A stretch of DNA of 63,978 bases, the filler included, from Choristocarpus tenellus KU-1152 (taxonomy: Eukaryota; Protista; Phaeophyceae): assembly GCA_964200185.2 (NCBI GenBank). It is 10 parts of 10 records of this genome, joined end to end, with 100 filler letters (N's around TTAATTAATTAA, not from the genome) between each part and the next. Parts side by side here need not be neighbours in the genome. Positions count along the whole stretch, not along the records: positions 43,002 to 55,864 come from CAXNAD020001684.1; positions 55,965 to 61,208 come from CAXNAD020011372.1; positions 61,309 to 63,978 come from CAXNAD020025784.1; 7 more parts are not named here. The stretch is one strand, 5' to 3'. The notes beneath the pieces were generated by a model. It saw only the letters and a program-made list of their open reading frames with translations. It ran no database searches and was not told where the DNA came from. Positions 49,301 through 61,545 of this stretch are shown piece by piece. The position numbers and the translations under genes are program-made. Positions within the stretch are counted from its first letter, which is position 1; each line of letters opens with the position of its first letter.

Positions 49301-52300
49301 ATTAAAAAAAAAAAAAAAGCCCTGCACCGATTTTGAATGTGTGAATTCTGTGTGTGTGTGTGTCATTTTGAGGCAAGTTGGTGACTGCGTCAGATAGATA
49401 AAATCTAGAACCATTTTACAATCGTTTAGAAGCAAAGTTGGTTACAGGGCTTGTTACCTTGTTTTAAATATCGGCGCATCTTGCTCCGATAGAAGGGAGT
49501 AGTGGATGGGTGACGACTAACTGCTGTACTCACTCCCCCTTTGGGGGAAAGGCGCAAGTGTTTTGAATGTACCTCTACTGTCTGTCTGTCTGTCTGTCGT
49601 TGTTTTTTGTTTTTTTTGTCTAGCCCTAACCCTTACTGCGGTCTGTATGTTTTGGTTCTACCGTTGTTGTTTTAACTCTTCGTTTTCATTTTTTTTTTTA
49701 ATCTCGTTGTCTGTATGGGGTCAGAGTTAGAATGTCCCCTGCGTGCGCCTTACACAGTTTAAAAAATATATATATATTTAGAGAGAGAGAGAATGAAAGA
49801 GGAATTAGTGAGAGAAGTAGTATGTATGTTGTTAAGAAGAGACTTTCCACCCACAAAATACAACGGCTCTATTTCTCTCTTTTTTTTTTGTGAGAGCTTT
49901 TTTGGCGAGGTGATTTTACCTATTCACGAATTTGTGCACACTAAAAAATGTAAATATATATATATATATATGTATGGTTCTAAAGAACCACCTTTTAAAA
50001 AAGAAAAAAAAGGAAAAAGAGTGTTCTCTCTATGGTGCTTACTGTGTGTTTTGTCACTACACTGGTGTGGTACAGCACCGACTGGTGTGTGCCCTGGCAC
50101 ATGAATCCATGACAGTATGTGAGCACCCCACTCCTGTACCGGAATTGATGTAAAGTAACGCCTTGCATTATTTGGAGAACCTCTCCATCCTCCAATTCCC
50201 CCCCCAACCCGCACCCCCACCCCCGCCCCCCACGAATATGCAGGATGATGAGGAGGAGGACGATGATGTGTGTGTGATTGAGAAGACCTCTGTTGTTAAG
50301 AAAAAACGGTCAAGCAATGCCGTCTCACGCAGAAACATGGCCCCTCCCCGGAGAAAAAAGATGAAGATGGGCGGAGCGGGGGCTGGGGGCGGGGGGAGGA
50401 AGAAGGGGTGGGATGGTGGCGATGGTGGTGGTTTTGGTGTTGATGATGACGAAAGAGGCGTGTTTACTGGACTTGATGAGGAGGAGGCGGAGGGGGCGGC
50501 GTGGGGTCACCTGTGGAGGTGGGGGGAAGGAGGGGAGCATGGGGGATCAAGCGAGGGCGAACGAGGGGAGGCATCGGCAAGGGTCAAGGTGTGTGGACTA
50601 TGGATGATGTGTTGGATATACCTCCAAGTGTGTGTGTGTCTGTCTGTGTGTCTTTCTGTGTCTGCGTGTGTGTGTCTGTGTGTGTCTGTGTCTGTGTCTG
50701 TGTGTCTGTGTGTCTGTGTGATTGTGATTGTGATTGTGATTATGATTATGATTATGATTGTGATTTTTGTTTTTGTTTTTGTAGAAATTTCAAGAACCAA
50801 TTGTGTTTGAACAGAAATTTCTTTGTGAGATTGTGTGGCGTAGATGAAATGTATTTGTTTTGTTAAAAATTGTGCAGAAGGTATCGATCGCTAAAATTGT
50901 TGTTTTCAATTTTATTTTATTTTTCCCTCCTCCCTGAGAACAACAATAATATGGTAAACGTGTACAACCACATGAAGGAGTAGATGGTGATGGTGTGGAA
51001 ATAACAAGTGGTGGAGTTTGGTACAGTATGCCTCTCACAATTTGAATGAAATTGAGAGTGATATCGTATCGGTTGTGATGATTTTTTTTTCTTGCAATGA
51101 TAATAATAATAATAGTGATAGTGATAATGATAATGATAATAATAATAATAGTGACAATGATAATGATAATAGTGATAGTGATAATGATAACAATAATAAT
51201 AGTGACAATGATAATGATAATAATAATAGTGACAATGATAATGATAATAATAATAATAGTGACAATGATAATGATAATAATAGTGATAATGAATATGATA
51301 ACAATAATAATAGTGATAATGATAATAATACATAGGATGTATAGAGAAGTTTATTTTTTCTATGTGGGCGGCAATATTATTATTTTTTTACACTAGATAA
51401 AACTTCGATGACAGTACTCTTAAAATAGTAGTAGTAATAATAATAATAATAATGATGATGATGATGATAACAATAATGTATGCTACTCCATACAACGTAT
51501 TTCGAGGTATATGATACACACTGGCAGTACAATAAAAGATACACCTTTTTTTTGTGAACGGAGGTACTTTTACAGTATAGTCTGGGATCGAGTGTTTAAA
51601 GAATAGATGGCATCGAAGGTGTTTATGCCCTCAATTGGACGGGAGATGCCTCAATACCTTGACAAAACCAGAGGTAATGGTCTCGCTGCGGTCTATAGCA
51701 ACAATGGTGCCTTCTTGGTACCAACAGTCAGTGGCCCCTGCCATGATGTATGTTGACATGCTGGAAAGGTAGTCCGTCCAAGCATGCAATTTTATGTATG
51801 CAATTGTGGTGCAATGTTGTCTTCTGAACACCTTTTCACATAGAGATAGAGATGGAGATGGAGATAGATAAAAGATGATCGGGACATGAGATGACTGTAT
51901 GTATACATGAATAATAAACATTTGGTTATTTCTGACACCAAGGCTTCATGCAGGAACCTTTTTCTTAGGGCCGGCCTTGAACTAATATCAGAAATTCCAG
52001 AGTTTTTTTTTTCTTAAAAATGGAAATAGACTGTCGACAGAGTGGTATAACCTTTCATGTCATACCATGCATGGTAAAAGAAATTTCACGCTCACACACA
52101 CACACACAGATTATTTTTATTTCCTGTCAAAAAGAAGTTCTTGGTCACACTATACTTTAGACTGAACTGAATTATTTCTTGTTTTTTTGGTGAATGAACA
52201 CCTACAGCAGGACAGATGGTACTCAAAGTTTGAGAATCGGTGGGTCATTTGTGTTTATTTATTTACGATTTTCCCATCTCTCTGTGTATGTGTGTGTATC

Positions 52301-53463
52301 TATAAGTTGATGTGTGTGTCTTGTTATGTCTTGTTGTGTCTTGATTTAAAGTTGTTTGTGGAGTGGAATCATTCCAGGGTTTGATGGGAATAGTTTAGTT
52401 ACTTCAAAGTACTTTAGTTGCTTTAAAGTACTTGTTATTTTAAAATACTTTGGTTACTTCAAAGCTCTTTAGTTGCTTTAAAATACTTTAGTTACTTCAA
52501 AGTACTTTAGTTACTCTAAAGTACTTATTTTGAAATACTTTAGTTGCTTTAAAGTACTTCTTATTTTAAAATACTTTAGTTACTTTAGAGTACTTGTTAT
52601 TTTAAAATACTTTGGTTACTTCAAAGCTCTTTAGTTGCTTTTAAATACTTTAGTTACTTTAAAGTACTTTAGTTACTCTAAAGTACTTCTTATTTTGAAA
52701 TACTTTAGTTACTTCAAAGCTCTTTAGTTGCTTTAAAGTACTTGTTATTTTAAAATACTTTAGTTACTTTAAAGTACTTCTTATTTTAAAATACTTTGGT
52801 TATTTCAAAGCTCTTTAGTTGCTTTAAAGTACTTGTTATTTTTAATTACTTTAGTTACTTCGAAGTACTTTAGAGTAGAGTACTTCTTATTTTAAAATAC
52901 TTTAGTTACTTCAAAGCTCTTTAGTTGCTTTAAAGTACTTCTTATTTTAAAATATTTTAGTTCAAACACGATGTGGGATACCGACACTTAAAAAAAAAAT
53001 GTTGTGCGTGTGAGAAATTTGAAGAATGAGTTGGAAAAAAAAGAAAATGGAGTATGGGTGTAGCGATGCCCCCATTGTCAGAATAAAATAAAGCAAAAAT
53101 ATCTCTCGTGAAAAGCAGAAAACAAACAAACTTGTGCTGTACTGAAACATCTTTATTATTATTATTTTATTGTTGTTATTGGGGTGTGTATAGCATAATG
53201 CGTATATAGCCCTATAATGATTATTTGTAGCAGTCAATGTAGTATATATATTATATGTGCATATATGTTATGTAAGATACGGTAGGATGTACTTGGGTCT
53301 ATTATATGTGTAGGTGACTGTTGGCAAAGTTGTTAACTATTGCTCAATTTAAGAATCGCAATGAATGAATCGATCAATGAAGACCAAATGAAGTTTGAGT
53401 GGTAACCTCAAACTTTTTTATTTTGGCTCTTTTTTGAGCAAATAGCGCGCTGCTCTCTCTCTC

Positions 53464-53525
<62 letters not shown>

Positions 53526-55864
53526 GTGATTTAAACGTATATACGATATAGATGATACAAATGATATAGATGCTATAGATTTCCAACACGGGAAAGATTT
53601 TTTTTTTTTTTTAATTAATTATTTTTTTTTTTGACATACCCCACCTTGCTATGACCCTAACCCTAACCCTTCCACGTATATGTACATACATACATATAAA
53701 TATATATATAATAATTTTTTCAAAAAAAAATATGATTTTGTGCGTACGTGTGTTTTGTCAGGGTGTGTACCAAATGGCAATGTGGACCTCGTGTTCAAAG
53801 CCCATGGGGGCCAAGCAGCTGCTGGCGTTGATCCACTTGGAGAGCAAGGGCAGGGTGAGGTGCAGGATACCAGGATAACACTTGTTGTATGTATGTGTCT
53901 CTCTCTTTCTATATATATATTATATAATTTTACTATATATTCCTCTGTTAATTTATGTGTGTCTCTCTCTTTCTATATATATATTATATAATTTTACTAT
54001 ATATTCCTCTGTTAATTGCATGTGTGTGTCTCTCTTTCTATATAAATATTATATTATTTTAATGTATGTTCTGATATTATTTTTTGTGTGTGCCTCTCTA
54101 TATATATTTATTATGTCATTTTATTGCATATTCTTATGTTGCTGTTAAAAATGATTTAATTTACATTTTCTTATATTATTGTAAAGTTATTTTTTTATTC
54201 TTTTACTATTATTGATTTTCGCAACCTAGTATTTTTGTACTATTATTTTATTCTTTTATGTTCCTATAATATTTTTTTGATTATTGTACTTGGAAGTGGT
54301 ACTTGCCCGACTGAGCTCTCGTCGCCCCTTTTGTATATATAAAATAAAATAATAGTATCGATAGCACTGTGTTGGTGAACTAGTTGGTGTGTGTTGTGTT
54401 GACCTCAAGCTCTTTTTTTTATATAAATAGCTAAACGTGGAGTCTTCAAAAAATAAATTGAAAACGGAATCCTTAGAAGCAGTCAGTGTAAAAATAAAAA
54501 AAAAATCACGTGAAGAGTTTTCTTAAAAAAAAAAAATTGGGGTGGAATTTGTAATACTTGTTGAAGTCGAGCCTTTCTAATTTATCTCAGTTAAGCATTT
54601 TAGTAAGAAGAGAAAAAAAAAGGTCATTAAGGAGTCTTTTTAAATTTAAATTTAAATTAAAAAAAGAACGTTGATGTGGGCAGTTTTTTTTTTTTAATTC
54701 TCGCCACCTTCAGTACACATCTTGCTCGCCTCACGGAGCCAGCTCACACAAGATCAATGCTCATGTATCGGCAGTCTATCAACAGAGAAAATCGCGCCTG
54801 GTACCTGTCAGGCGTTGTCGTCCAAAGAAGGAAAAAAAAACTCTGGAACTGAACCGAATTTCATTCTGTTCGATTTTTTTTTTTTGCTATATATATATTT
54901 TTTAATACGCAATGTACGCTGCAATGCTTCCTCCCGTTTTTTGTGTGTGTGTGTGTGTGATTCTTCCTTTTTATTTTTGAAGGGGAACGGACTGTAGTAC
55001 ACCTGAGTTGTGGATTGAAAGTATATTTTTTAAGAGGGTTCAAGATTTGCCCTGCTTTTCTTTTTTGGGGGCTTGTTGACTTCTCATGTTTTGTTTTTTA
55101 TGGCATTTTCCTACTCCAAAATGTTTCGGAGTTGGTAAAATGTGTGCGTTATGAAAAAGGTTGTCTAGAACATGGATATTGACACTTCCTAGCAAACGCG
55201 ATAGCCAAAATTACATCAAAATCGCAATATTGGATTTTGGCCCTCCAAGTGGACGCTGCTCTACCCTAACCCTAAGATACTTTGTCTTGATTTGTGTAAC
55301 GGTAGTGACTTGGGTGTGGCCCTCGCCTTCTGCTGTGGTCCTATATATATATATATTTTTTTTATACACTGTTCGCAGTGATGACCAATCTCTCGATTCA
55401 AAAACCTTTCCTAAAAAAATATGCATTAATTTTCTATTATATTTTTTGATGCGCGTGTGTATTCTCGTAACACCTCTCGACCATTTTTTTGTTATTGTTG
55501 TTGTAACTGTCATATTATTACGGGACATTCCCGGTACAGGTATACCTTCAAATTTATGTATTGTGTGTGTGTGTGTTTGTCTGTGTGTCTGTGTGTGTGT
55601 CTGTGTGTGTGTCTGTGTGTCTTACATGAATCGATCGATGCCGTTTGGACGTAACTGCCAATTGAATACAGGTGAGCATGGAGGACATAGCGAAGGCCAT
55701 GGTACACAAACGCACTCCAAGGAAAGGAGGTGCAGGGTTCACATACCTCCTTGCCTTGGCAGTGGTCAAGACCATTGCTGGCAGGGGCAGCCGCAACATT
55801 GTCTCTGGAGGGGGGGGGGGGGGGGGGGGCGGAGGGGGGGGGGGGGGGGGGGGGGGTGGTGCTC
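46369..55864 (+). CDS. Uncharacterised multi-exon protein (N-terminal coiled coil, long disordered region), 3' end missing
   Basis: Exons 46369-46563, 47361-48032, 50244-50588, 53762-53854 and 55672 to contig end all have GT/AG boundaries, are phase 0 and join into one open frame. CKKC then heptad-like KLRAEVEDLRNQNRDLLERLE; basic clusters KKKR and PPRRKKMK. Confidence 0.7.
47058..47370 (+). repeat. ~140-bp direct duplication (period ~170) covering an intron 3' end
   Basis: TTCCATGCT...TGCTACTAGTAGAACCACAAGACTCGTT...CACCTGTGAACTCAG versus ...AACCTGTGAGCACAG. Confidence 0.88.
50629..50765. repeat. (GT/GTCT)n and (ATTGTG/ATTATG)n microsatellites
   Basis: Simple repeats in an intron. Confidence 0.9.
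51097..51330. repeat. Compound (AAT/GAT/AGT/GAC)n trinucleotide repeat
   Basis: Low-complexity triplet array in an intron. Confidence 0.93.
52394..52962. repeat. AT-rich minisatellite of ~17-20-bp palindrome-containing units
   Basis: TTAGTT(A/G)CTT(C/T)AAAGTACTT alternating with TTATTTTAAAATACTT units. Confidence 0.9.
53452..53521. repeat. (CT)n microsatellite
   Basis: Near-perfect dinucleotide run. Confidence 0.95.
53890..54110. repeat. ~60-bp AT-rich tandem repeat, 3-4 decaying copies
   Basis: TGTGTCTCTCTCTTTCTATATATATATTATATAATTTTACTATATATTCCTCTGTTAATT recurs. Confidence 0.8.
55013..55288 (+). mobile_element. MITE family A copy, diverged, intronic
   Basis: GATTGAAAGTATATTTTTTAAGAGGGT ... 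CTACCCTAACCCTAAGATACTTTGTCTT; body colinear with family A; no clear TSD. Confidence 0.85.
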
Positions 55865-55964
55865 NNNNNNNNNNNNNNNNNNNNNNNNNNNNNNNNNNNN
55901 NNNNNNNNTTAATTAATTAANNNNNNNNNNNNNNNNNNNNNNNNNNNNNNNNNNNNNNNNNNNN

Positions 55965-56014
55965 CGAATTGACACCCTGGTGTACACCCCTCCCCCCCCA
56001 CAGATACTTTAACC
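55965..56014 (-). mobile_element. Right end of the 187-bp family B MITE at contig start
   Basis: GACACCCTGGTGTACACCCC...CAGATACTTTAACC matches 7883-7930. Confidence 0.8.
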
Positions 56015-56794
56015 TCTAGATCCCTACCCTTACTTCTTTCTCTATGATAGTCTTACTTCCATGCATTCAGAGCACCCTCATAACAACCGTGTTGAGCTAA
56101 TGTGCAGTACATCTTTTCGCAGGCTTCTTCAGCTCATGTATGGCCTTAAGGGTGTTTACTCCCTGGTTGGCGGTTTTTGGGAAAATAACGTCACAAAGTT
56201 GTATCTCCTCACCGATTAATCTGTTGAAATACTTCCTCACAACCTGCGTATTCCTCCCTGTGACATGTCTACAACCTTTTGATCTGTAGCGCAGTGAATC
56301 ATAAATAAATGAGGGAGTTTTCATGATGATTCCATTTTCGCCCTTCATGCAGTCTACCTTTCACTTATCAAACACACATATGAATGATGAATGAGTTGTA
56401 TCATAATTTGATGTAGGGGAAGGACCTCTTACGTATTTCAGGAGAACCCGCATATATATGAAGATGAGAAAAAGTGTGAGAGAGACTTACAATTTCTTTA
56501 CGTGTGTGGAGGGGGGTCATTCGAATGAGGGAGTTGTTGTCAGGAGTACATTTTTTTTTTAGTTTCTTGTAGATCGGATGTGTTATGACAGGTTCCATTC
56601 ATTTCGATTCGATTTCAATCGAGATTGACCTAGTTGACTTATTTATACCGGTAAATTCTTTCGGTTCACAACACTAAGTGTTTTCAATCAAATATGATCA
56701 TTGTATGACATCTCTACCTCAGGTCGGTCTATCCTACCTTGTTGTTCATGCACAGTGTACATCCAATTTGAACTAAAGCACTGTGAAGAGGAAT

Positions 56795-59168
56795 ATGTCT
56801 GGTGACTTCGGAGCGGCTAATGAAGCCCTTGTGAAGCTAGCTGTCGACCTCATCAATGTGCAGTCGCTCTCGGGGCATGAGCAGCCTATGGTAGATTTCT
56901 TGAAGGAGTGGTTGGAGTCGAGGGGTTGGGTGGTGGAGCTTCAAGAAGTAGAGCCGGAGCAACACTGCGCGAACGGGATGGGAAACATAAGGCATAATAT
57001 CTATGCATGTCGTCCTGGGAGACCACTTCGAGTCAGTGGACCGCGTGTCCTGTTCAACAGCCATATCGATACGGTGAGAGGCTGAATTGAGTACCCCTGG
57101 ATTTTGCGCAAGGTTGATTATAATCAAACAGCACGATGATTTGCAGGGATGTTGATTGAGCACCAGTAAGGGCTTCGCCCTTGATAGTGCTATTATAGGT
57201 TCAATGGGAAACGTATGTTGTCTAGTGGAACTTGAATGACACCTTGCATCTGACTACAGGTTCCTCCTTACTTTCCTGCTGAGTTATTGGAAGACGATGG
57301 CATGGTTGTGATCAAGGGCCGGGGTGCCTGCGACACAAAGGGGATCTTGGCGGCGCAGCTGAATGCACTGCAGGGTTTGGTAGATGACGGAATCGAAGAC
57401 ATTGGCCTCCTTTACGTTGTCTCAGAAGAGACTGACCACAGCGGTATGATAAAAGCCAACGAGCTCGGCCTTGATCCAGAATTCCTTATTGTTGGAGAAC
57501 CCACCGGCTCCAAGATGATGTGAGGCGCGAATGAGATGCCGTCTCCACCTCCCCCACCCCCCTTCCTTCCCCACCTATATGCCATGGTCTCAGTCTAGAG
57601 TATTCACCAAGTTCAACCTTCATTGTGAAGATATCTCTCCTCGCAATTCAAGGGGTAACATGAACCTCTTAAAGCTCATGAAGACAACGCTTCACTTATA
57701 AAGACCTTACACTGAGAACATTTACTCCACGCGCACCCCCTCCATTGCCGTATGGTCTCAGGCGACTACAGAAAGGAATGCTCAAAATCCGAATTTCTTC
57801 GGAGGGTTTAGCCTGCCATAGTGGTTACCCGCACTTGGGGGAGTCAGCTATTGACCCACTCGTGGCTGCACTTGATGCGCTGAAGCGCCATCCCTGGCCT
57901 GTGAGCGAGGAGTTGGGAGAGACGACCCTAAACATTGGCCTGATGAAGGGAGGGCAGGCAGCCAATGCATTGGCAGAGCATGCAGAGGCCACCCTCATGT
58001 TCCGATTGACGGAGGCGCCAGAGGGAATTCTCGAGACTGTCAGGGGCATTGTAGAGAATGACCACCACTGCTCAGTAGAGGTTAGAATCCTTATTCACTG
58101 AAGCCTCCCTCAAAACCTAGTGGGTCATAGATTAAACTAGGGTGTGCATGGGTTAATTTGTTGCCATTTAGGACATTCATTTTAGAACTTTGTTGGTTTG
58201 TGATGGAGCATATTTTTTCCCAGTGATACAGCAAAATTGTCCAACCCTATCCTTACTCAAAATAACATTCAAGCCAGTGCTAGGACCCTACCTGCCGAGA
58301 TGTTTGCTCTCTCTGGTAAACTATTTTACAAAAACAGTATGGTCATTTCATTCATATCCATAGTTTATTGTGAGTTATAGGTATGTTGGTTTGCCAACTG
58401 CATGGTATTGTTGGCAAGGAGTCCATAGGACTATGAACCTCTTTTCCTTCATTAGTCTGCATGTCTTTTCTTGTGTGGATATATCCGTTTCTTTCGTTTG
58501 TAATTGCCCATATTATTTCATCACCTTGACCTGTCACTACATCCGTCATAGCCCTACTTGGAATGATAAAAGTTCTAGCTCTGCAGAATAGATCCCTGTG
58601 TGCAAGGAATATTGTGCAGATGCAAGCCTTGTTCCGCTCCCTTTTTCTTCACATTGCCTGAATCTGTTTGGTAAATGTGTTCCCTTGGGGTGGGGATCTT
58701 GTTCGCAGGTGATAAGTCAAAATGCTCCAGTATCCTTGGAGGTCCTCCCAGGCTTTGAGAGCGATGTTGCTGCATACAACACTGACATTGCGTGAGTGAA
58801 ACAACTTTCATATGCTGCCCAGTTCAAATATTGAGTATGTTGAGGATTTTGCTGAGGTGCTACTCATCTGATCGCCCTATTGCCACATGTTGTACCCTAC
58901 AAGACTTGCTAGTGAGTGACACTGTGACAATTTCTACAAATCTGAATGCCTGCACCGACCCAGTGATCTTCCCTCTGTATACCACTTCCCCTATCATGTG
59001 CAACAAAGGTATTTCAAGCTCAAGAGTGGGCAGGCACTATTATTTGGACCTGGGTCCATCCACGATGCTCACAGCAGGAACGAGAAGATTGGGGTGTCTG
59101 AAATGCGTGCAGCTGTGGGATTGTACCAAAGAATTGCCAAAGCTTGCCTATCGCTGTCTGTCAAATGA
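56795..59168 (+). CDS. M20A zinc metallohydrolase, acetylornithine deacetylase (ArgE)/DapE-like (5 exons, ~366 aa, complete)
   Basis: Exons 56795-57073, 57260-57519, 57762-58080, 58709-58791 and 59009-59168 join in frame via GT-AG introns. Motifs SLSGHE, NSHIDTVPP, GRGACDTKG, VSEETDHSG, VGEPT, CHSGYP, GGQAANA, YNTDI and GPGSIHDAH..NE supply the expected metal ligands and catalytic Glu. Confidence 0.93.
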
Positions 59169-61159
59169 CACCCCTGGGCCCCTGATTGCTTCTGTGTATA
59201 TATTGAAACATTTACGCAAAGGCAACTATATGACTTGTAAATAATATTGAGACGATGTGTTCTTACTCCTTCTAACCCTTAGCCTTCCGCACACCAATTT
59301 AATAGTCTTGCTATTAGTTTCACTGGTAAGTATACCCCCATCTAGTCCCTCATTAGGATCCTTTTATCAAGTGTATGGGAAACAAAAAAAAGAATGATCT
59401 GGAGTTCTTGGGTGAGGTGCTCCATCTATTGAAACTGAAGGTGCACCTCCTACTGTTGTAACTATCTCTATCACTTACCTAGTTCACAGGACGCCTGCAA
59501 ACTGGATCTCACGGCTGTTGTTTAATGTGGCATGGTATCCAACCTAAATGAATAGTCATTTATGATCCATACTTCACCTTAGGTCACAACCCGTATTGGT
59601 GACTTCACTAATTCCATGCTTCATGTAAGCAACTGCCGCTCAAGTACAGGATCAAAACTCCCTCCTTTGGGTTATCTTTTATGTCTTCCTTGCTATAAAT
59701 ACTACAGGTAGATATTGCGGTGATGACCACACGACGATGCCACCATAATGTTCTCTTGCCGATTGGAGAATTTTGTGGATGCCTCATACTGATCAGAGTT
59801 TCAATTGAAGAGAACCTTTTCAAATTGCTGTTGATATAGTGGTGTCTGATGAATACTGTTAAGGTGGGAAGTACTACTGAAGATTTTCATCTCAGATTCT
59901 AGGCACTTTCTTAAATTGCATTTTTGTGAATTATTGTTCAATTTTTCGCCTCTAAATGCAATTATCTCATTCTATATGTGGTCCCTACTTTTGACAATGT
60001 AACCAAATGAAAGCTTATGGCTTTAGCTTTTTATCAGTGTACCACTTGACGGCTATCCCTAAAATCCAACTGTTGGCGTCCACGTGGAAATTGGAGGGCA
60101 TTTTTAAATCTTGACAGTTCTCTGGTTTTTAGAGGTTGCACAAGGATGGTGAGGAAAACCATACTTGGTTCTCAAAAGAAATGACTAGATGCAGAAATTT
60201 ATCAAGGTCGATTACAAAGACTCAAAACCAATACCAAGTTATTGATACCCCATGCAAGGCGGGAAAGAGTGGAGCAAGAGATCAAGAGGGCTGTCTCCAG
60301 AGACACTTGCAGACAAGGGGATGCCACAAAACAAGAGGGGGAGGGGCCCTTCAACCAAGGGTGAGGCAAGAGCCTGTACGGCTGTGGTGACAAGGAAGTG
60401 GGACTCGAGTGCTGCCAGGCAGAATGCTCAAGAAGTTAGGGAAGGTGATGCCAAAGATCAAGTGGAGAACCTCAAGTTGTTCAGCAGAGGGGCGCTTTCC
60501 AAGGAGGCACATGTACACTACTGATCCTCTACTGCCACTTTTTCTACAGCCATTTGGGCTAAACTGAGGTGGTGGATGGTGTCCGTCCACCTGACAGCGG
60601 GAGTGGAACAATTTTTTTTGCATTGTGAAAACTTGAAAGAAAGGGGAGATCTTTTGCACTTCTGGGACTGGCAAGGGGACTATTCAAGCGGAATCTGATG
60701 AGAGGTTCAAGCTCCTTCAATCACACCTTGGTGAGATGGAACTCATCTTTACACAGTACTCGTTGGGAAATGTTAAGTATGGTCTTCCGTCAGAATTTGG
60801 TGACCTGGGTAAAGACAGATTAGGTACAACTCTGACGGAGGGGTCTGGGTACCATCCTGAAGCACTTGCGTTATGTCCGGAGAAGGCGTCAAATCAAGAT
60901 TCTACCCCTGACAGATGAGAGGAACGCATGTGTTCGTATGTTCCTGGATGAATACTTGGTGGTCCTTGAGGGACGTGCAAGGGGAGAATGATTGCCCAAT
61001 GAGAATGCAGGTAAGGCTAGGATGATATGGTAACCTTTACTAGAACAGGATTGAGGGTGAATGGAAACCAGCGCACTCTGGCAAGCTGACTGCCCATACC
61101 CAGAGGGAGATGACAAAATACATCAAGACTGAGGACAAGATATTGGAGGGAGACATTCA

Positions 61160-61208
61160 GAGCGAAAGTATCTTAGAGGGTATTTTTGCCCTGTTTGTCC
61201 ATTTGGGG
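61160..61208 (+). mobile_element. MITE family A left end truncated by contig end
   Basis: GAGCGAAAGTATCTTAGAGGGTATTTTTGCCCTGTTTGTCCATTTGGGG. Confidence 0.9.
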
Positions 61209-61308
61209 NNNNNNNNNNNNNNNNNNNNNNNNNNNNNNNNNNNNNNNNNNNNTTAATTAATTAANNNNNNNNNNNNNNNNNNNNNNNNNNNNNNNNNNNN
61301 NNNNNNNN

Positions 61309-61545
61309 TGCAACTACCCTAGTTACAGTTTATTCTGCAACTTTTAGGCAAATCGGAGTTCCCCCTTTTGGGGTTCCCACGCATGTATACTGCTCGCGCG
61401 AGTTAAAGCGCGGGAAGAAATACTCGCGCTATTCGCCTGTAACAGAATGGCACAGAGGGAAGCTAAATATGGTCACGCCAGGTGATGCCCGCCAACGGAA
61501 ACAATTATCCTTGGCCCAGAAAGGTGAAGTGCTAGGACTTGCTTG
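61309..61545 (+). mobile_element. 5' fragment of a pogo/Tigger-like transposon with truncated transposase start
   Basis: ORF at 61469 begins MVTPGDARQRKQLSLAQKGEVL, like the CENP-B/pogo N-terminal HTH start (RKxLxLxQKxEI); similarity is then lost. The upstream region is repeated at 25855-26005. Confidence 0.5.

Noticed and set aside
50917-51396. Tyr/His-, Asn/Asp-, Leu/Ser- and Ile-rich ORFs
   Set aside because: Translations of a triplet microsatellite within an intron.
55806-55864. Poly-Gly coding run and G/C-rich contig ends (also ~19286, 32823, 43002-43100)
   Set aside because: Long homopolymers at contig ends are probably low-quality sequence; length and content unreliable.
58792-59244. 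150-aa ORF
   Set aside because: Spans intron 4 and overlaps the true last exon of the M20 gene in another frame.
60136-61116. Purine-rich ORF fragments downstream of the M20 gene
   Set aside because: No recognisable domain; probably old TE debris but unsupported.
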